Part shown: one piece after another, positions 8,208 to 22,292 of the stretch | Numbering within the stretch: position 1 is the stretch's first letter | Layout: the number at the start of each line of letters is the position of its first letter | Source of the DNA: Bacteroidota bacterium | GTDB lineage: Bacteria > Bacteroidota > Ignavibacteria > Kapaibacteriales > Kapaibacteriaceae | Length of the DNA: 64,000 nucleotides | Direction of reading: 5' to 3' | Assembly: GCA_041170435.1 (NCBI GenBank) | Contig: JBEAYU010000030.1 | Coordinates: 1,769 to 65,768, forward strand | Translations under genes and position numbers: made by a program | The notes under the pieces: model-generated | Seen by the model: the letters and a program-made list of their open reading frames with translations, nothing else | Databases searched by the model: none | Told to the model about the DNA's origin: nothing

Positions 8208-9815
8208 TCAGAAGTTCGGATAGAACAGGATCGTCAGACGCGGGATCGAATAGATCGTTGTGATATCGGCCAGATCCTGAGAATAGCGGTTCGTGGCCTG
8301 ATCGTAGTAGACAAGCGTTCCGGAATCGGGCGCAAGCGGATCGGGCTGGGTCATGGATTGGTTATACCACGGTTTACTCTTGTCCTCTTCGTCGACAAAC
8401 TCCGTACGTACGACCTGCTTGAGATCCTGACCGAGCATGAAGTTGAATCGAACGTTAAACATGGGGTAGAACGTCCCGAACGAGGTCGGAATGGCCACTC
8501 CCGCGCCGATACCCCCAACGATGCCGAGTTTGGAGATTGTCTGCACACCGTCGTCAGTGTAGGCATATGCCATTCCGATCTGAGGGATGAAGTTGACCTT
8601 GTTATAGGGATTGAGCGCATAGAGCATCGTGGCCTCTGCAATATGCGTAGTGATGATTGGCAAGTTATAGAGCCTTTGTTTGCTGTCGTTTCGGGTGTTG
8701 ACGTAGGTGGCCTCTAGCATTAGCCGATCAGAGGCCTGAAATGCCACGGTGCCTCCAAAACTCAGAATTGACGGATACGAGAATGATGCTGTGGAGTCAA
8801 GATCACTTCTCCACGTCGGCCCACTCGCGAGGTCACGTTTGTAAAGTTGCCGATAGATCCGGCGCTCGGTGATCGTGTTCGAGCCTGCGCTTATGCCAAT
8901 GCCGAACAGACGTGGCTTGACCAGGCGAGCCCAAGAGGCAGAGTCAACCTGGTAGTTCTCATAGGCAACATCGTAGTCAGAGTCGACGTCGTATGCATCC
9001 GGATCTGGAGCTGTTGGCTGTGCGATGGCTCCAAGCGTGATGAACATGAAGGTCATTGCCAGAGCAAAGAAGCGCCGTGCCGTGGACGTGGTGGTTTGAA
9101 GGACATCCGATAGTGTCATTCCGGTGATCTCCGAGAATTTTTCTGCAACCAGTTGTACGTAGGTCGGCTCATTGCGCTTGCCGCGATGGGGAACTGGTGT
9201 CATGTATGGTGAATCGGTTTCGAGCATGAATCGGTCACGTGGCACACGATGAAGTACCTCATGTAGTGTGAAGCGCGCAAAGGTAATGTTGCCGGTGAAC
9301 GAGACGTGGAAACCGAGCTCAATGGCCCGATCAAGTACCTCCACGCTGCTCGAAAAACAATGCAAAACACCGCGGAGCGTACCGTCCTGCTCCTCCTCGA
9401 GGATCTGGAGAACGTCCTCGTCGGCATCCCGATTGTGGACGATCACCGGCAGCGACCGCGACTTTGCGATCTTCAACTGCTCACGAAAGTACGACTTCTG
9501 GGTCTCAGGAGCGCAGAAGTCGTAGTAGTAGTCGAGGCCGATCTCACCAATGGCGACGACCTTGTCTTCATGACTCTGCTGCATGACCAGGTCGAGGTCG
9601 TGATGATCGACCTCGCCGGCATGATGGGGGTGGATACCAACACCACGAAACAGGCGCGAGTGTGCGTCGACTACGCTTTTGAGATGTGGACGAGTTGACG
9701 GTTTGATGTCGGGAACAATGATCGTCTCAACCCCGGCTGCGAATGCCCGTTCAAGCATCTGATCTCGGTCGCCCTCAAACATCTCGGTGTCGATGTGGGC
9801 ATGGGTGTCGATCAT
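8208..9815 (-). CDS. tatD: TatD-family nuclease fused in frame to an internal signal peptide and an outer-membrane beta-barrel-like domain
   Basis: Residues 1-~250: MIDTHAH, GIHPH, AIGEIGLDY, IVHNRDA, GVLHCFS, LETDSPY, RGKRNEP. Residues 247-265: RR + hydrophobic core + AIA-Q. Residues 266-535: amphipathic beta-strands ending in Phe. Confidence 0.85.
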   Translation of the reverse strand: MIDTHAHIDTEMFEGDRDQMLERAFAAGVETIIVPDIKPSTRPHLKSVVDAHSRLFRGVGIHPHHAGEVDHHDLDLVMQQSHEDKVVAIGEIGLDYYYDFCAPETQKSYFREQLKIAKSRSLPVIVHNRDADEDVLQILEEEQDGTLRGVLHCFSSSVEVLDRAIELGFHVSFTGNITFARFTLHEVLHRVPRDRFMLETDSPYMTPVPHRGKRNEPTYVQLVAEKFSEITGMTLSDVLQTTTSTARRFFALAMTFMFITLGAIAQPTAPDPDAYDVDSDYDVAYENYQVDSASWARLVKPRLFGIGISAGSNTITERRIYRQLYKRDLASGPTWRSDLDSTASFSYPSILSFGGTVAFQASDRLMLEATYVNTRNDSKQRLYNLPIITTHIAEATMLYALNPYNKVNFIPQIGMAYAYTDDGVQTISKLGIVGGIGAGVAIPTSFGTFYPMFNVRFNFMLGQDLKQVVRTEFVDEEDKSKPWYNQSMTQPDPLAPDSGTLVYYDQATNRYSQDLADITTIYSIPRLTILFYPNF

Positions 9816-9818
9816 CGA

Positions 9819-10294
9819 TCAGGCGCCGAGTTCGGCGAGCTTCGCGCTGACGGCTTCGACGTGTCCGCTGACCTTGACCTTTTCGAAGGCAGCAGCGATC
9901 TTGCCCGTGGGGTTGATGATGTACGTGGTTCGCTCCACACCCATGTACGTGCGGCCATACATGGATTTCTGCTTCCATGTATCATAGGCTTCGCAGATCG
10001 CATGATCCTCATCCGACACAAGGGTGAAGTTGAGGTCATACTTGGCCTTGAACCGGTCATGTGACGCTGGACTGTCGGGGCTTACGCCCACAACCGTGAC
10101 TCCGCGCTTGGTAAGGTCCGACATCGCATCACGAAAGTCACAGGCCTCGGCCGTGCAGCCCGACGTGTCGTCCTTGGGATAGAAGTACAACACCACCCAC
10201 GATCCCTTGTGAGATGCCAGCGAGAATGCTCCCCCTGAGTCGGTTTTTGCCTTGATCGCCGGTGCCTTGGTTCCATTCTGAAGTGCCATATTGA

Positions 10295-10298
<4 letters not shown>
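9819..10298 (-). CDS. bcp: Thioredoxin-dependent thiol peroxidase (BCP/PrxQ)
   Basis: VVLYFYPKDDTSGCTAEACDFRD, GVSPD, ERTTYII. Confidence 0.95.
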
Positions 10299-12025
<1,727 letters not shown>

Positions 12026-12062
12026 GTGGTGTTGATACGAAAAACTCAATCTGCTAAAACCA

Positions 12063-14993
12063 ATGGCCATGCCCAAACCTCGAGCCCGAAACGTTGTCCA
12101 CCTCCTCATTGTAGGGCTCTTTCTTGCCGGATGGCAAGGACTGTACTCGCAGGGTGTTCGCTACGAAACGGTCACCGTTGACGGGTTTCCTTTGGAGATC
12201 GTGTCTGGAAAAGTTCACGTGCGAATGGTCTCCAAGAGGACAGTCGAGGAGGTCAACGCCATTCTGCCGGAAGGTTTTCGGGTTGACCATCATTTCCTCC
12301 CACCGGAGAGAACTGAGCACTTTTTGTCGCAAAGCGTGACTCGTCCACCCTCGGAGCCTGCCCGATCCCGTGCTCTTCACGTACAGCGTTCGGCTTTGCG
12401 CGATGCCGAGGACCGTCTAACGCGCACCTTCACGATCGCCTTCGAGGGGAGGCCGTCGGTGTCGGCTGCCATCGCCTATCTCTTGAAGACCCTCCCCGGC
12501 GAGGTCGAGATCGCCGAACCGTGGACGATCGACCGTATTCAAGGTCAATCAAATGACTCACTCAGGCCACTGCAAGACTACCTGCAAACCATCGGATTCG
12601 ATCAGGCATGGGAAGTTTTCAAGGGGGCTGATACGATTATCATTGGCATCAGCGATGACTGGATCGATCAGCGGCACGAGGACCTGAGTGGGAACATTGC
12701 GGCGAATGCCGGCGAGATTCCCGGAAACGGAAGGGACGACGATGCAAATGGCTATGTGGATGACTACCGAGGTCACTGTTTCGCGTGGCCGGAACGTGCC
12801 AACAACACAACCTTTAGCGGAAGCTTCAATCACGGTACGCGAGTTGCGGGACTTGCCGCGGCATCAACGAACAACGGCAAGGGCATCGCCTCGGCGGGGA
12901 TGTCTTCGCGATTCTTCCCGATGGCAGTGGCGGGCCTCCAGGGTGGTGGGATCATGTACGGATATCAGTCGCTCATCTATGCCGCAGAACGTGGTTTTGA
13001 TGTGGTGAATACCTCGTGGGGAACTGTCAAACCTGCCTCGGCAATCGACCAGTCGGTAATCGATTTCTGTCTGGCAAAGAATGTACTTGTGGTCGCATCC
13101 GGGGGCAATCACGGCGAGGGCTTAGGAGGCACTGCCTTCAACCGGCGGAACTACCCGTCGGCCTATGATGGCGTGCTTGGAGTCGGAGAGACCACGCCAG
13201 ACGACTTCGTTGTTGGGTCAAGCGGTCTTGGTGGCAACGCCGATCTGATGGCTCCGGGCAATCTGGCATTGACGACCGAGATGGAGGTGAGTGGCGGCAA
13301 TGAGTTTCGATCCGAATACACCTCAAGCGGCACCACCGGCACATCCTTTGCCTCTCCGATCGTAGCAGGGGCTGCGGCTGTTGTGCGTGCTCGATGGCCG
13401 CAGTTGACGGCGCGTCAGGTTGCTGCACACTTGCGCGCTACGGCAGTTGACATCTCGTCGTTGAACCCGTCGTTCATGGACGTGGTGGCTCCCAGACTGA
13501 ACCTTTTCAAGGCGGTGACCGAGGAGCCCCTTTCCCGACCTTCGATGCGCATCTCCGCTGTTCGCCAGAGCGTGGCCGGGAATGGCTCGACGAGCCGATT
13601 TCGCGTTGGTGACACGCTGTTGCTGCAGTTCGAGGTTACCAATGACCTTGGCCCAGCCACGGCTGAGCTCGAGCCGCGCATCGTCTCTGCCAACGGCTGG
13701 GCACTGCGAGGTCTACGTGAGCGTGATGCTCTTGGGCAGATCGCCACGGGCGCATCGGTGAGCTCGAAGCCCTTTCCTTTCGTGATCGATGCCATTGGCT
13801 CGTCAGCGTGTGTTGTGAGGGTCGAGATCCTTGGTGACACCTATCAGGATCATGCATTCCATTACATCAATCTGCCGAGTGCGATCACGCGCTTTGAGAA
13901 CGAGGCTATCATGTACTCGATGTCTGACGATGGTATGGTTGGCTACACGTCGATCGACGCGACGCGGCAAGGGGCGGGTTTTGCCCGCAAGCCTGCAACG
14001 CAGCTATTGTCACCCAGTGGACTGTTTGTGGTCGACGATGGAGCTCGCAGCGTTACCGGATATAAGAACGATCCACCTCTTGCATCGGACTTCGTGGCCA
14101 CCAAGCCCTTTGGAATGCAGCCACAGCCCAACACGTGTCGGATGATCGATTCGGCATCGTCGGCTCCTCTTGATGTAGAGGTCACGCAGACGTGCCTATT
14201 GCCGCGCCCCAACCTGCCAGCCACGATCTGGAACGTCACCATCACTCCACGTTCAGCAACCCTTCCGAGCGTTGCCGCGGGGTATGTTCTCGATTGGGAT
14301 GTTAGTCCCGGGGGACGCAACGACATCGTGACACCCGACCAGTTGGCGATACCCTCAGGCATGCAGGATCTGAATGTGGCAGCACAGCGCGTCACGTTGT
14401 GGGAGGGTGTGAGTGCTGGTGCGGTAAGCCACATCTGCGTGGCCGTGGTCAGCAACGACCCCGATGACCGCGCACAGTCAGCTGGGCTACCGCTGGCGTC
14501 GATCATCGACGATAATGACGGATTCACGCACCGGGATCGCGTGGCCTTGCTGTCTGCCGGCATATCACGCACCCCGACATTCGATCGAACTGATGTGTTC
14601 GTCTTGGCCGGAATGCGCCGCACGAAGCCCCTTGAGATCGGTCAATCATGGACGTTCTCGGTCATCATCACCGTAGGCGCCGATTCGGCAAGTGCTCAGG
14701 CTCTTATGCGGGAGGTCATTCCGACCGTTTCCGTTGCGGGCGAACGTGAATCAGCATCAGCTTTACTGCAGGTTGATCCCAATCCTGTTACGGACATTGC
14801 CACAGTTCGTGGCACGGTCGGCCCGTGTCGGTGTAGCGTGATCGACATGCTAGGTCGAGTTCGGATGTCATGGCAACACGCCGGCGTCGGCGATATTGCG
14901 TTCGATGCTTCGCAGCTGGAGAAGGGGGCCTACACGCTCCGCATCGATGATGAGATCACCGGACCTGTTCAATTCTTGAGATTCATTCGATGA
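12063..14993 (+). CDS. S8 (subtilisin-like) serine peptidase with T9SS C-terminal domain
   Basis: Triad motifs IGISD, HGTRVAG, GTSFASP; oxyanion ASGGN; NGRDDDANGYVDD loop; CTD DPNPVT..LEKGAYTLRI..LRFIR. Confidence 0.9.
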   Translation: MAMPKPRARNVVHLLIVGLFLAGWQGLYSQGVRYETVTVDGFPLEIVSGKVHVRMVSKRTVEEVNAILPEGFRVDHHFLPPERTEHFLSQSVTRPPSEPARSRALHVQRSALRDAEDRLTRTFTIAFEGRPSVSAAIAYLLKTLPGEVEIAEPWTIDRIQGQSNDSLRPLQDYLQTIGFDQAWEVFKGADTIIIGISDDWIDQRHEDLSGNIAANAGEIPGNGRDDDANGYVDDYRGHCFAWPERANNTTFSGSFNHGTRVAGLAAASTNNGKGIASAGMSSRFFPMAVAGLQGGGIMYGYQSLIYAAERGFDVVNTSWGTVKPASAIDQSVIDFCLAKNVLVVASGGNHGEGLGGTAFNRRNYPSAYDGVLGVGETTPDDFVVGSSGLGGNADLMAPGNLALTTEMEVSGGNEFRSEYTSSGTTGTSFASPIVAGAAAVVRARWPQLTARQVAAHLRATAVDISSLNPSFMDVVAPRLNLFKAVTEEPLSRPSMRISAVRQSVAGNGSTSRFRVGDTLLLQFEVTNDLGPATAELEPRIVSANGWALRGLRERDALGQIATGASVSSKPFPFVIDAIGSSACVVRVEILGDTYQDHAFHYINLPSAITRFENEAIMYSMSDDGMVGYTSIDATRQGAGFARKPATQLLSPSGLFVVDDGARSVTGYKNDPPLASDFVATKPFGMQPQPNTCRMIDSASSAPLDVEVTQTCLLPRPNLPATIWNVTITPRSATLPSVAAGYVLDWDVSPGGRNDIVTPDQLAIPSGMQDLNVAAQRVTLWEGVSAGAVSHICVAVVSNDPDDRAQSAGLPLASIIDDNDGFTHRDRVALLSAGISRTPTFDRTDVFVLAGMRRTKPLEIGQSWTFSVIITVGADSASAQALMREVIPTVSVAGERESASALLQVDPNPVTDIATVRGTVGPCRCSVIDMLGRVRMSWQHAGVGDIAFDASQLEKGAYTLRIDDEITGPVQFLRFIR

Positions 14994-17818
14994 TCGTACG
15001 GATGCTCTTGACCACTCTCTGGGTGCTGACATCTGCCATTGCGTGGGCACAGTTTGAGATTCTTCCGGCCGAGCTGCCGCATCGGCCAGATCCCGTTCTG
15101 CGCGGTATGCTCAAGGTTCGCCTGTCGGCCGAATACGCGTCGAGAGCACGAGAGATCCTTGCCGAACTGGGGCTGACGTTGGTGCAGCCAATTCTGCCGT
15201 ACGGTCAGTCGCTCGCCGCTCAAGATCGATTCGGCATCGTCAACGGCAGGCAGCGCCAGATGGATCACAACGAGGCACGCGTCATCGAAGAACGTCTTCT
15301 TCGATCCTTCGTGGTGCGTTATGACCGGTCTGATATCCCGCCGGAGCAAATCATTGCTCGCCTACGCGTTGGGTGCGGCCCCATCGAGTGTGCCGCCCCC
15401 TGGTGTGTGTTGGAGTTGTGCGGTGAACCAAATGATCCCGATCGGCTGCGGCAAGAACTGCTGAAAACCATCCAGGCATATGCCGCGTGGGATGTGGAGT
15501 CCGGAAGCGATTCCGTGGTGATCGGTATCAGCGACAGCGGTCTGCGAATGGATCACGAAGACCTTGTTGATGCGCTCTATTCCCGAGCCGGCGAGATCCC
15601 CGATAACGGTATCGATGACGATGACAATGGATACATCGATGATCATCGGGGCTACAACTTTTCATGGAAGGAAGACTCTACGCGGCCCGGTGACGCGTTC
15701 AACCCAGCCAACGGCCACGGTACGAGTGTTGCCGGTACGTGCGCCGCTACGGCAAACAACGGGAAGGGAATCGCCGGCGTCGGCGGCAAGTGTCGGATGT
15801 TCCCGCTGCGCACTATGCCCAAGGGCACAACGGGCATCGTGTTTGGGTATGAATCGATCATGTATGCGGCCGTCAATGCCTTCGATGTTGTCAACTGCTC
15901 ATGGGGCGGACAGTCCCCGAGCTGCATCGATCAGGATGTGGTCTCCTATGCCATTGCCCGTGGAACAGCCGTCGTGGCGGCAGCAGGGAACCACTATTCG
16001 GCAAGCCCCTTCTATCCGGCCAGTTACCGAGGCGTGCTCGGAGTGGGTGTCGTTGATGCCTCCGACAACGTCATTGCCATGACGGGAAGGGGCCCAACGG
16101 TGGACGTCATGGCGCCGGGACATTCGAGCTGGAGCACGTCCAACGACGGGTCGTATTCGACCTTCTGCTGCACATCCGGATCGGCTCCCATCGCTTCGGC
16201 CCTTGTGGCTCTGGTCAGATCCCGATATCCCTCCATCGGCCCCCTTCAAGCGTGCGCAATGGTGCGCGATGCCGTCGATGAAGCCCCCTGGAGAGACATC
16301 CCGGCCGAGATCGACGCACTGCAACTGCCACGCGGACGCGTCAACGCCCTGAAAGCCGTTACGGCTCATCCCGATACGTTGGTCTCGATCGAGGTCGACA
16401 CCCTCGAGCTTGTTGCCAAGAGCGGATCACAGCGATGGACGGTTGGCGATACACTTCGGGCCAGGGTAGGGCTCATCAACAGACTTGGACCGTGGACCAT
16501 GAAGATCATCGGCGTTGACGGTATCAGCGGTGCCGGCCGTTCTTCACTACAGTCAACCTCCGATGCGGGCCAGATCACGCAGCAGGCCATCGCCACCGGA
16601 GAACGATTCTCCATGCCACCACAGGACTTCGTCGTGGTCGGCGAGACCGATACCGCTGCCTATATCCATATGCGTCTTCTGGGAACTGATCAAACGGGTC
16701 AGTCCATCAACCGGCGATATAGTTACGCCGTTACGCCGTCACCGGCCTTCACAACGTTGGCCAATCGAAACGTCCGCGTCAGCATCGGTGATCGCGGACG
16801 AATCGGCAATACCGACATCGAGCGTGGCCAGGGAGAGGGATTTCGCTACCGCGAGTTCTGTGGCCAGCTCTATGAGGGGGGCCTCATGATTCACGCCAAC
16901 GGCCGTGTGGTGGATGCCGTGCGCGCCGGCCGGCGCAGCAACGATCACTTCCGCCCCCTGCGGCGGTTTTCCGGAGCCCATGCCATTTCGGGGACGTTCA
17001 GCGATGCCGATGCGCCCGACTCAATGCGCATCGGCGTGGAGGTTGAATTGGCTGTCGATCTTGATTCTCTCAATGATGTGATGCGTCTTGACCTGACGAT
17101 CACCAACCGCAGTGACACCACTCTGCATGACCTGGCCGTTGCGTGGTTCTATGATTGGGATCTAGGGCGTCAGCCGGCACGAAATGTCACGGAGAAGGAT
17201 CGACTTTTCCAGTACGTATCATCGGTGGATCAGGACCAGCCAATGGTCGCCCTTTACAATCAGAGTGTTTTCAGCGATGCCACGCCTCTGCTGGCTGGGA
17301 TCGACAACACGACCACCTACGGGGGATTCACGACGGAGAAGAAATTCTCGATACTGCTTGACCCGGATTCATTCGACTACACGGACACCAACGATGTGGC
17401 AACGGTGACGGGAATGCGCTTTCGCGTGCCCGTTCCTGCCGGCCACCGCCGATCGTTCCGACAGGTGATCGTGATCGACACCTCTCGTAAGGGACTTGCC
17501 GATCAGTTGGAGAACGAAACATGGGTCTGGGGGACACCTCCAACAGACACACTTTTTGCGGCAGATTCAGATCCCGTCTTCCCTAATCCCGCGTCGAGTA
17601 TTGTCTACGTGCCGGTTGATGCGAGCACAGGCTCGCCGATCACGTTCTCGGTGTTTGATGTATCTGGTCGACAGGTACACGTTGATGTTCTGCGAATGAT
17701 CCCACCGAATAGGTACGTCCATCCGATTGAGGTCGGCACACTGAGTTCCGGCACCTACTGCATCCGTGCAGTCGCTCCGGAATGGACGCATACCTGGCCC
17801 CTTGTGATCGTGCGGTAG
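14990..17818 (+). CDS. S8 serine peptidase with T9SS C-terminal domain (tandem paralog)
   Basis: IGISDSG, HGTSVAG, AAAGN, CCTSGSAP, NGIDDDDNGYIDD; CTD VFPNPAS..LSSGTYCIR..LVIVR; ATGA overlap with the first S8 gene. Confidence 0.88.
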   Translation: MIVRMLLTTLWVLTSAIAWAQFEILPAELPHRPDPVLRGMLKVRLSAEYASRAREILAELGLTLVQPILPYGQSLAAQDRFGIVNGRQRQMDHNEARVIEERLLRSFVVRYDRSDIPPEQIIARLRVGCGPIECAAPWCVLELCGEPNDPDRLRQELLKTIQAYAAWDVESGSDSVVIGISDSGLRMDHEDLVDALYSRAGEIPDNGIDDDDNGYIDDHRGYNFSWKEDSTRPGDAFNPANGHGTSVAGTCAATANNGKGIAGVGGKCRMFPLRTMPKGTTGIVFGYESIMYAAVNAFDVVNCSWGGQSPSCIDQDVVSYAIARGTAVVAAAGNHYSASPFYPASYRGVLGVGVVDASDNVIAMTGRGPTVDVMAPGHSSWSTSNDGSYSTFCCTSGSAPIASALVALVRSRYPSIGPLQACAMVRDAVDEAPWRDIPAEIDALQLPRGRVNALKAVTAHPDTLVSIEVDTLELVAKSGSQRWTVGDTLRARVGLINRLGPWTMKIIGVDGISGAGRSSLQSTSDAGQITQQAIATGERFSMPPQDFVVVGETDTAAYIHMRLLGTDQTGQSINRRYSYAVTPSPAFTTLANRNVRVSIGDRGRIGNTDIERGQGEGFRYREFCGQLYEGGLMIHANGRVVDAVRAGRRSNDHFRPLRRFSGAHAISGTFSDADAPDSMRIGVEVELAVDLDSLNDVMRLDLTITNRSDTTLHDLAVAWFYDWDLGRQPARNVTEKDRLFQYVSSVDQDQPMVALYNQSVFSDATPLLAGIDNTTTYGGFTTEKKFSILLDPDSFDYTDTNDVATVTGMRFRVPVPAGHRRSFRQVIVIDTSRKGLADQLENETWVWGTPPTDTLFAADSDPVFPNPASSIVYVPVDASTGSPITFSVFDVSGRQVHVDVLRMIPPNRYVHPIEVGTLSSGTYCIRAVAPEWTHTWPLVIVR

Positions 17819-17864
17819 GTGTCCCGCCACGGTAGTTGTTGATGTCAGGGGGCCCTCGTTGCCG

Positions 17865-17872
17865 TATTTTTG
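17865..17872 (+). promoter_or_regulatory. Bacteroidetes-type -7 promoter element (TATTTTTG)
   Basis: Matches TAnnTTTG; 5 nt upstream of ATG 17878. Confidence 0.6.
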
Positions 17873-17877
17873 GGGCC

Positions 17878-18645
17878 ATGAGCATCATTCTCACCAATAC
17901 CGCCGATGGAATCGGTACGATCACCCTGAATCGTCCCGAGAAGCGGAATGCTCTGAGCACAGAGCTCATCGCCGGGCTGCATGATGCGATTCGGGCGATG
18001 CAGGCCGACGATGCCGTCAGGGTGGTCGTCCTGCGAGGGCAGGGGGCTGCGTTCTGCGCCGGAGCTGATCTGGCATATCTCCAGCGGATCTCAGAGCTTT
18101 CGCCCCTTGACAATGTCGATGACTCCACGTCGCTGAAGAACATGCTTCAGGCCATCGTGGAATGTCCGAAGCCCGTCATTGCCATGGTCCACGGCCCCGC
18201 GATCGCCGGAGGGTGTGGTCTTGCAAGTGTCTGCGATGTGGTCATTGCCGCTCGAAACGCAGCTGTCTTCGGCTACTCAGAGGTCAAGATCGGCTTTGTG
18301 CCGGCCATCGTTCTGGTGTATCTCGTGCGGAAGATCGGGGACACGCGCGCGCGGCGTCTTCTTCTGACGGCAGAGAATATCGGCGCCGAAGAAGCGTGTC
18401 AGCTTGGAATGGTCAGCTATGTTGTCGACGATGACGCATTGGAGCACGAGACCATGCGTATCGCGGCCAAGATGGCTCGCAATAGTTCCTCGGCAATGGC
18501 CATGACCAAGTCGATGCTCAATGCTGTACATGGCATGTCTCTTGATGCTGGTTTGCACTATGCCACGGTCATGAATGCAATGGCACGTCAGACTGAAGAT
18601 TTTCGTAAGGGCATCGCAACTTTTCTCTCGCCAAACAAGGATTGA
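17878..18645 (+). CDS. Enoyl-CoA hydratase/isomerase (methylglutaconyl-CoA hydratase-like)
   Basis: ITLNRPEKRNAL, FCAGADL, PKPVIAMVHGPAIAGGCGL, YSEVKIGFVPA. Start refined to ATG 17878. Confidence 0.9.
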   Translation: MSIILTNTADGIGTITLNRPEKRNALSTELIAGLHDAIRAMQADDAVRVVVLRGQGAAFCAGADLAYLQRISELSPLDNVDDSTSLKNMLQAIVECPKPVIAMVHGPAIAGGCGLASVCDVVIAARNAAVFGYSEVKIGFVPAIVLVYLVRKIGDTRARRLLLTAENIGAEEACQLGMVSYVVDDDALEHETMRIAAKMARNSSSAMAMTKSMLNAVHGMSLDAGLHYATVMNAMARQTEDFRKGIATFLSPNKD

Positions 18646-18652
18646 TAGACTT

Positions 18653-19561
18653 ATGAAAACCCAACTGCGATTGACGATCTTGTCATTCCTCGCCATCGTT
18701 TGTGGCTTCACCGCTAATGTGTCTGCCCAGCAGGCCATTCTCAATATCGAAGGGTTCGTGCGCGATTCGGTCAGCGGAGATCCCGTCGGTTGTAAGCTTC
18801 ACATACACTACCCATCGGGCAAGCGTGTGAGCATCTCGTCGAACTCCAAGGATGGCTCGTATCTCCAGACACTCTCTGAGGCTGGGCCGCACAGAGTCGT
18901 GGCTGCGGGGTTCAATGTGTACCGCAAAGAGTTCATCGTGGACATTCCGAAGACGGAAAAGTTCATGGTTATCAAGCAGGACTTCACCGTCCGTGCGTTT
19001 GTCGAGGGACGCGTATTGAGTTCGACCATGTCGGCCTTTGATCGAAATGCCGCTACGCTCACTGAGTCGGGACGCAGTGCACTGGCCGATCTGGCTGACG
19101 TTATGAAGGCCAATCAGCATCTGAACGTCGTCGTGCGGGTCATGGCCGACGAGGATCAGCTAGCCCCCTTGCTGGCTCAACAAATGGCCGACCACAAGAA
19201 GCGCCACGATGCGTGGGCGAAGGCCGTGAAAAAGGTCAAGAAGGGGCAGCCCCTTCCCGAGGAGCCACAGATTCCGGCGCCGCCGACCGATCCAAACGCG
19301 GCCCTCATTGAGTCGCGGTTTGAGACCATTCGGCAGGCGCTCAAGGACGTCAAACTTGGTGATGTGCGAGTGGCGTTTGAGTCCAAGGCCATCGCGTCCT
19401 TAGCACCCGTTGTTGAGACAGTGGTCGAGACACCAGCGGTCAAGGGGAAGAAGACCAAGAAGGCCGCCACTGCGCCAGCTCCTGTCAAGGTCAAGTCCAC
19501 TGCATCTACAGAGCCGAACCTGGTTGTCACCATCGGCAAGATCAAGAGCATGTTCGACTAA
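18653..19561 (+). CDS. Exported hypothetical protein: carboxypeptidase-regulatory-like N-domain and a degenerate OmpA-like domain with Lys/Pro-rich inserts
   Basis: Signal peptide VSA-Q; IEGFVRDSVSGDPV; FDRNAATLTESGRSALADLADVMKAN. Start refined to ATG 18653. Confidence 0.65.
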   Translation: MKTQLRLTILSFLAIVCGFTANVSAQQAILNIEGFVRDSVSGDPVGCKLHIHYPSGKRVSISSNSKDGSYLQTLSEAGPHRVVAAGFNVYRKEFIVDIPKTEKFMVIKQDFTVRAFVEGRVLSSTMSAFDRNAATLTESGRSALADLADVMKANQHLNVVVRVMADEDQLAPLLAQQMADHKKRHDAWAKAVKKVKKGQPLPEEPQIPAPPTDPNAALIESRFETIRQALKDVKLGDVRVAFESKAIASLAPVVETVVETPAVKGKKTKKAATAPAPVKVKSTASTEPNLVVTIGKIKSMFD

Positions 19562-19691
19562 CGTCCGTGTGCATAATCTCGGCCCCTGACCGCAGAATTG
19601 ACGCAGTATATTTCACTCGATTCGACGAAACAGAATTGACGTCGATTCGTCATGAACCGGAACCCTCATCGTTCCGAAGGACAACCAAGCA

Positions 19692-22220
<2,529 letters not shown>

Positions 22221-22292
22221 CGTTCGGCACTGCGCCGGGCTTCCGTTCTTAGCAATCGCATCTCGTTTCACTTCTTGATCACCGATGTCTGC

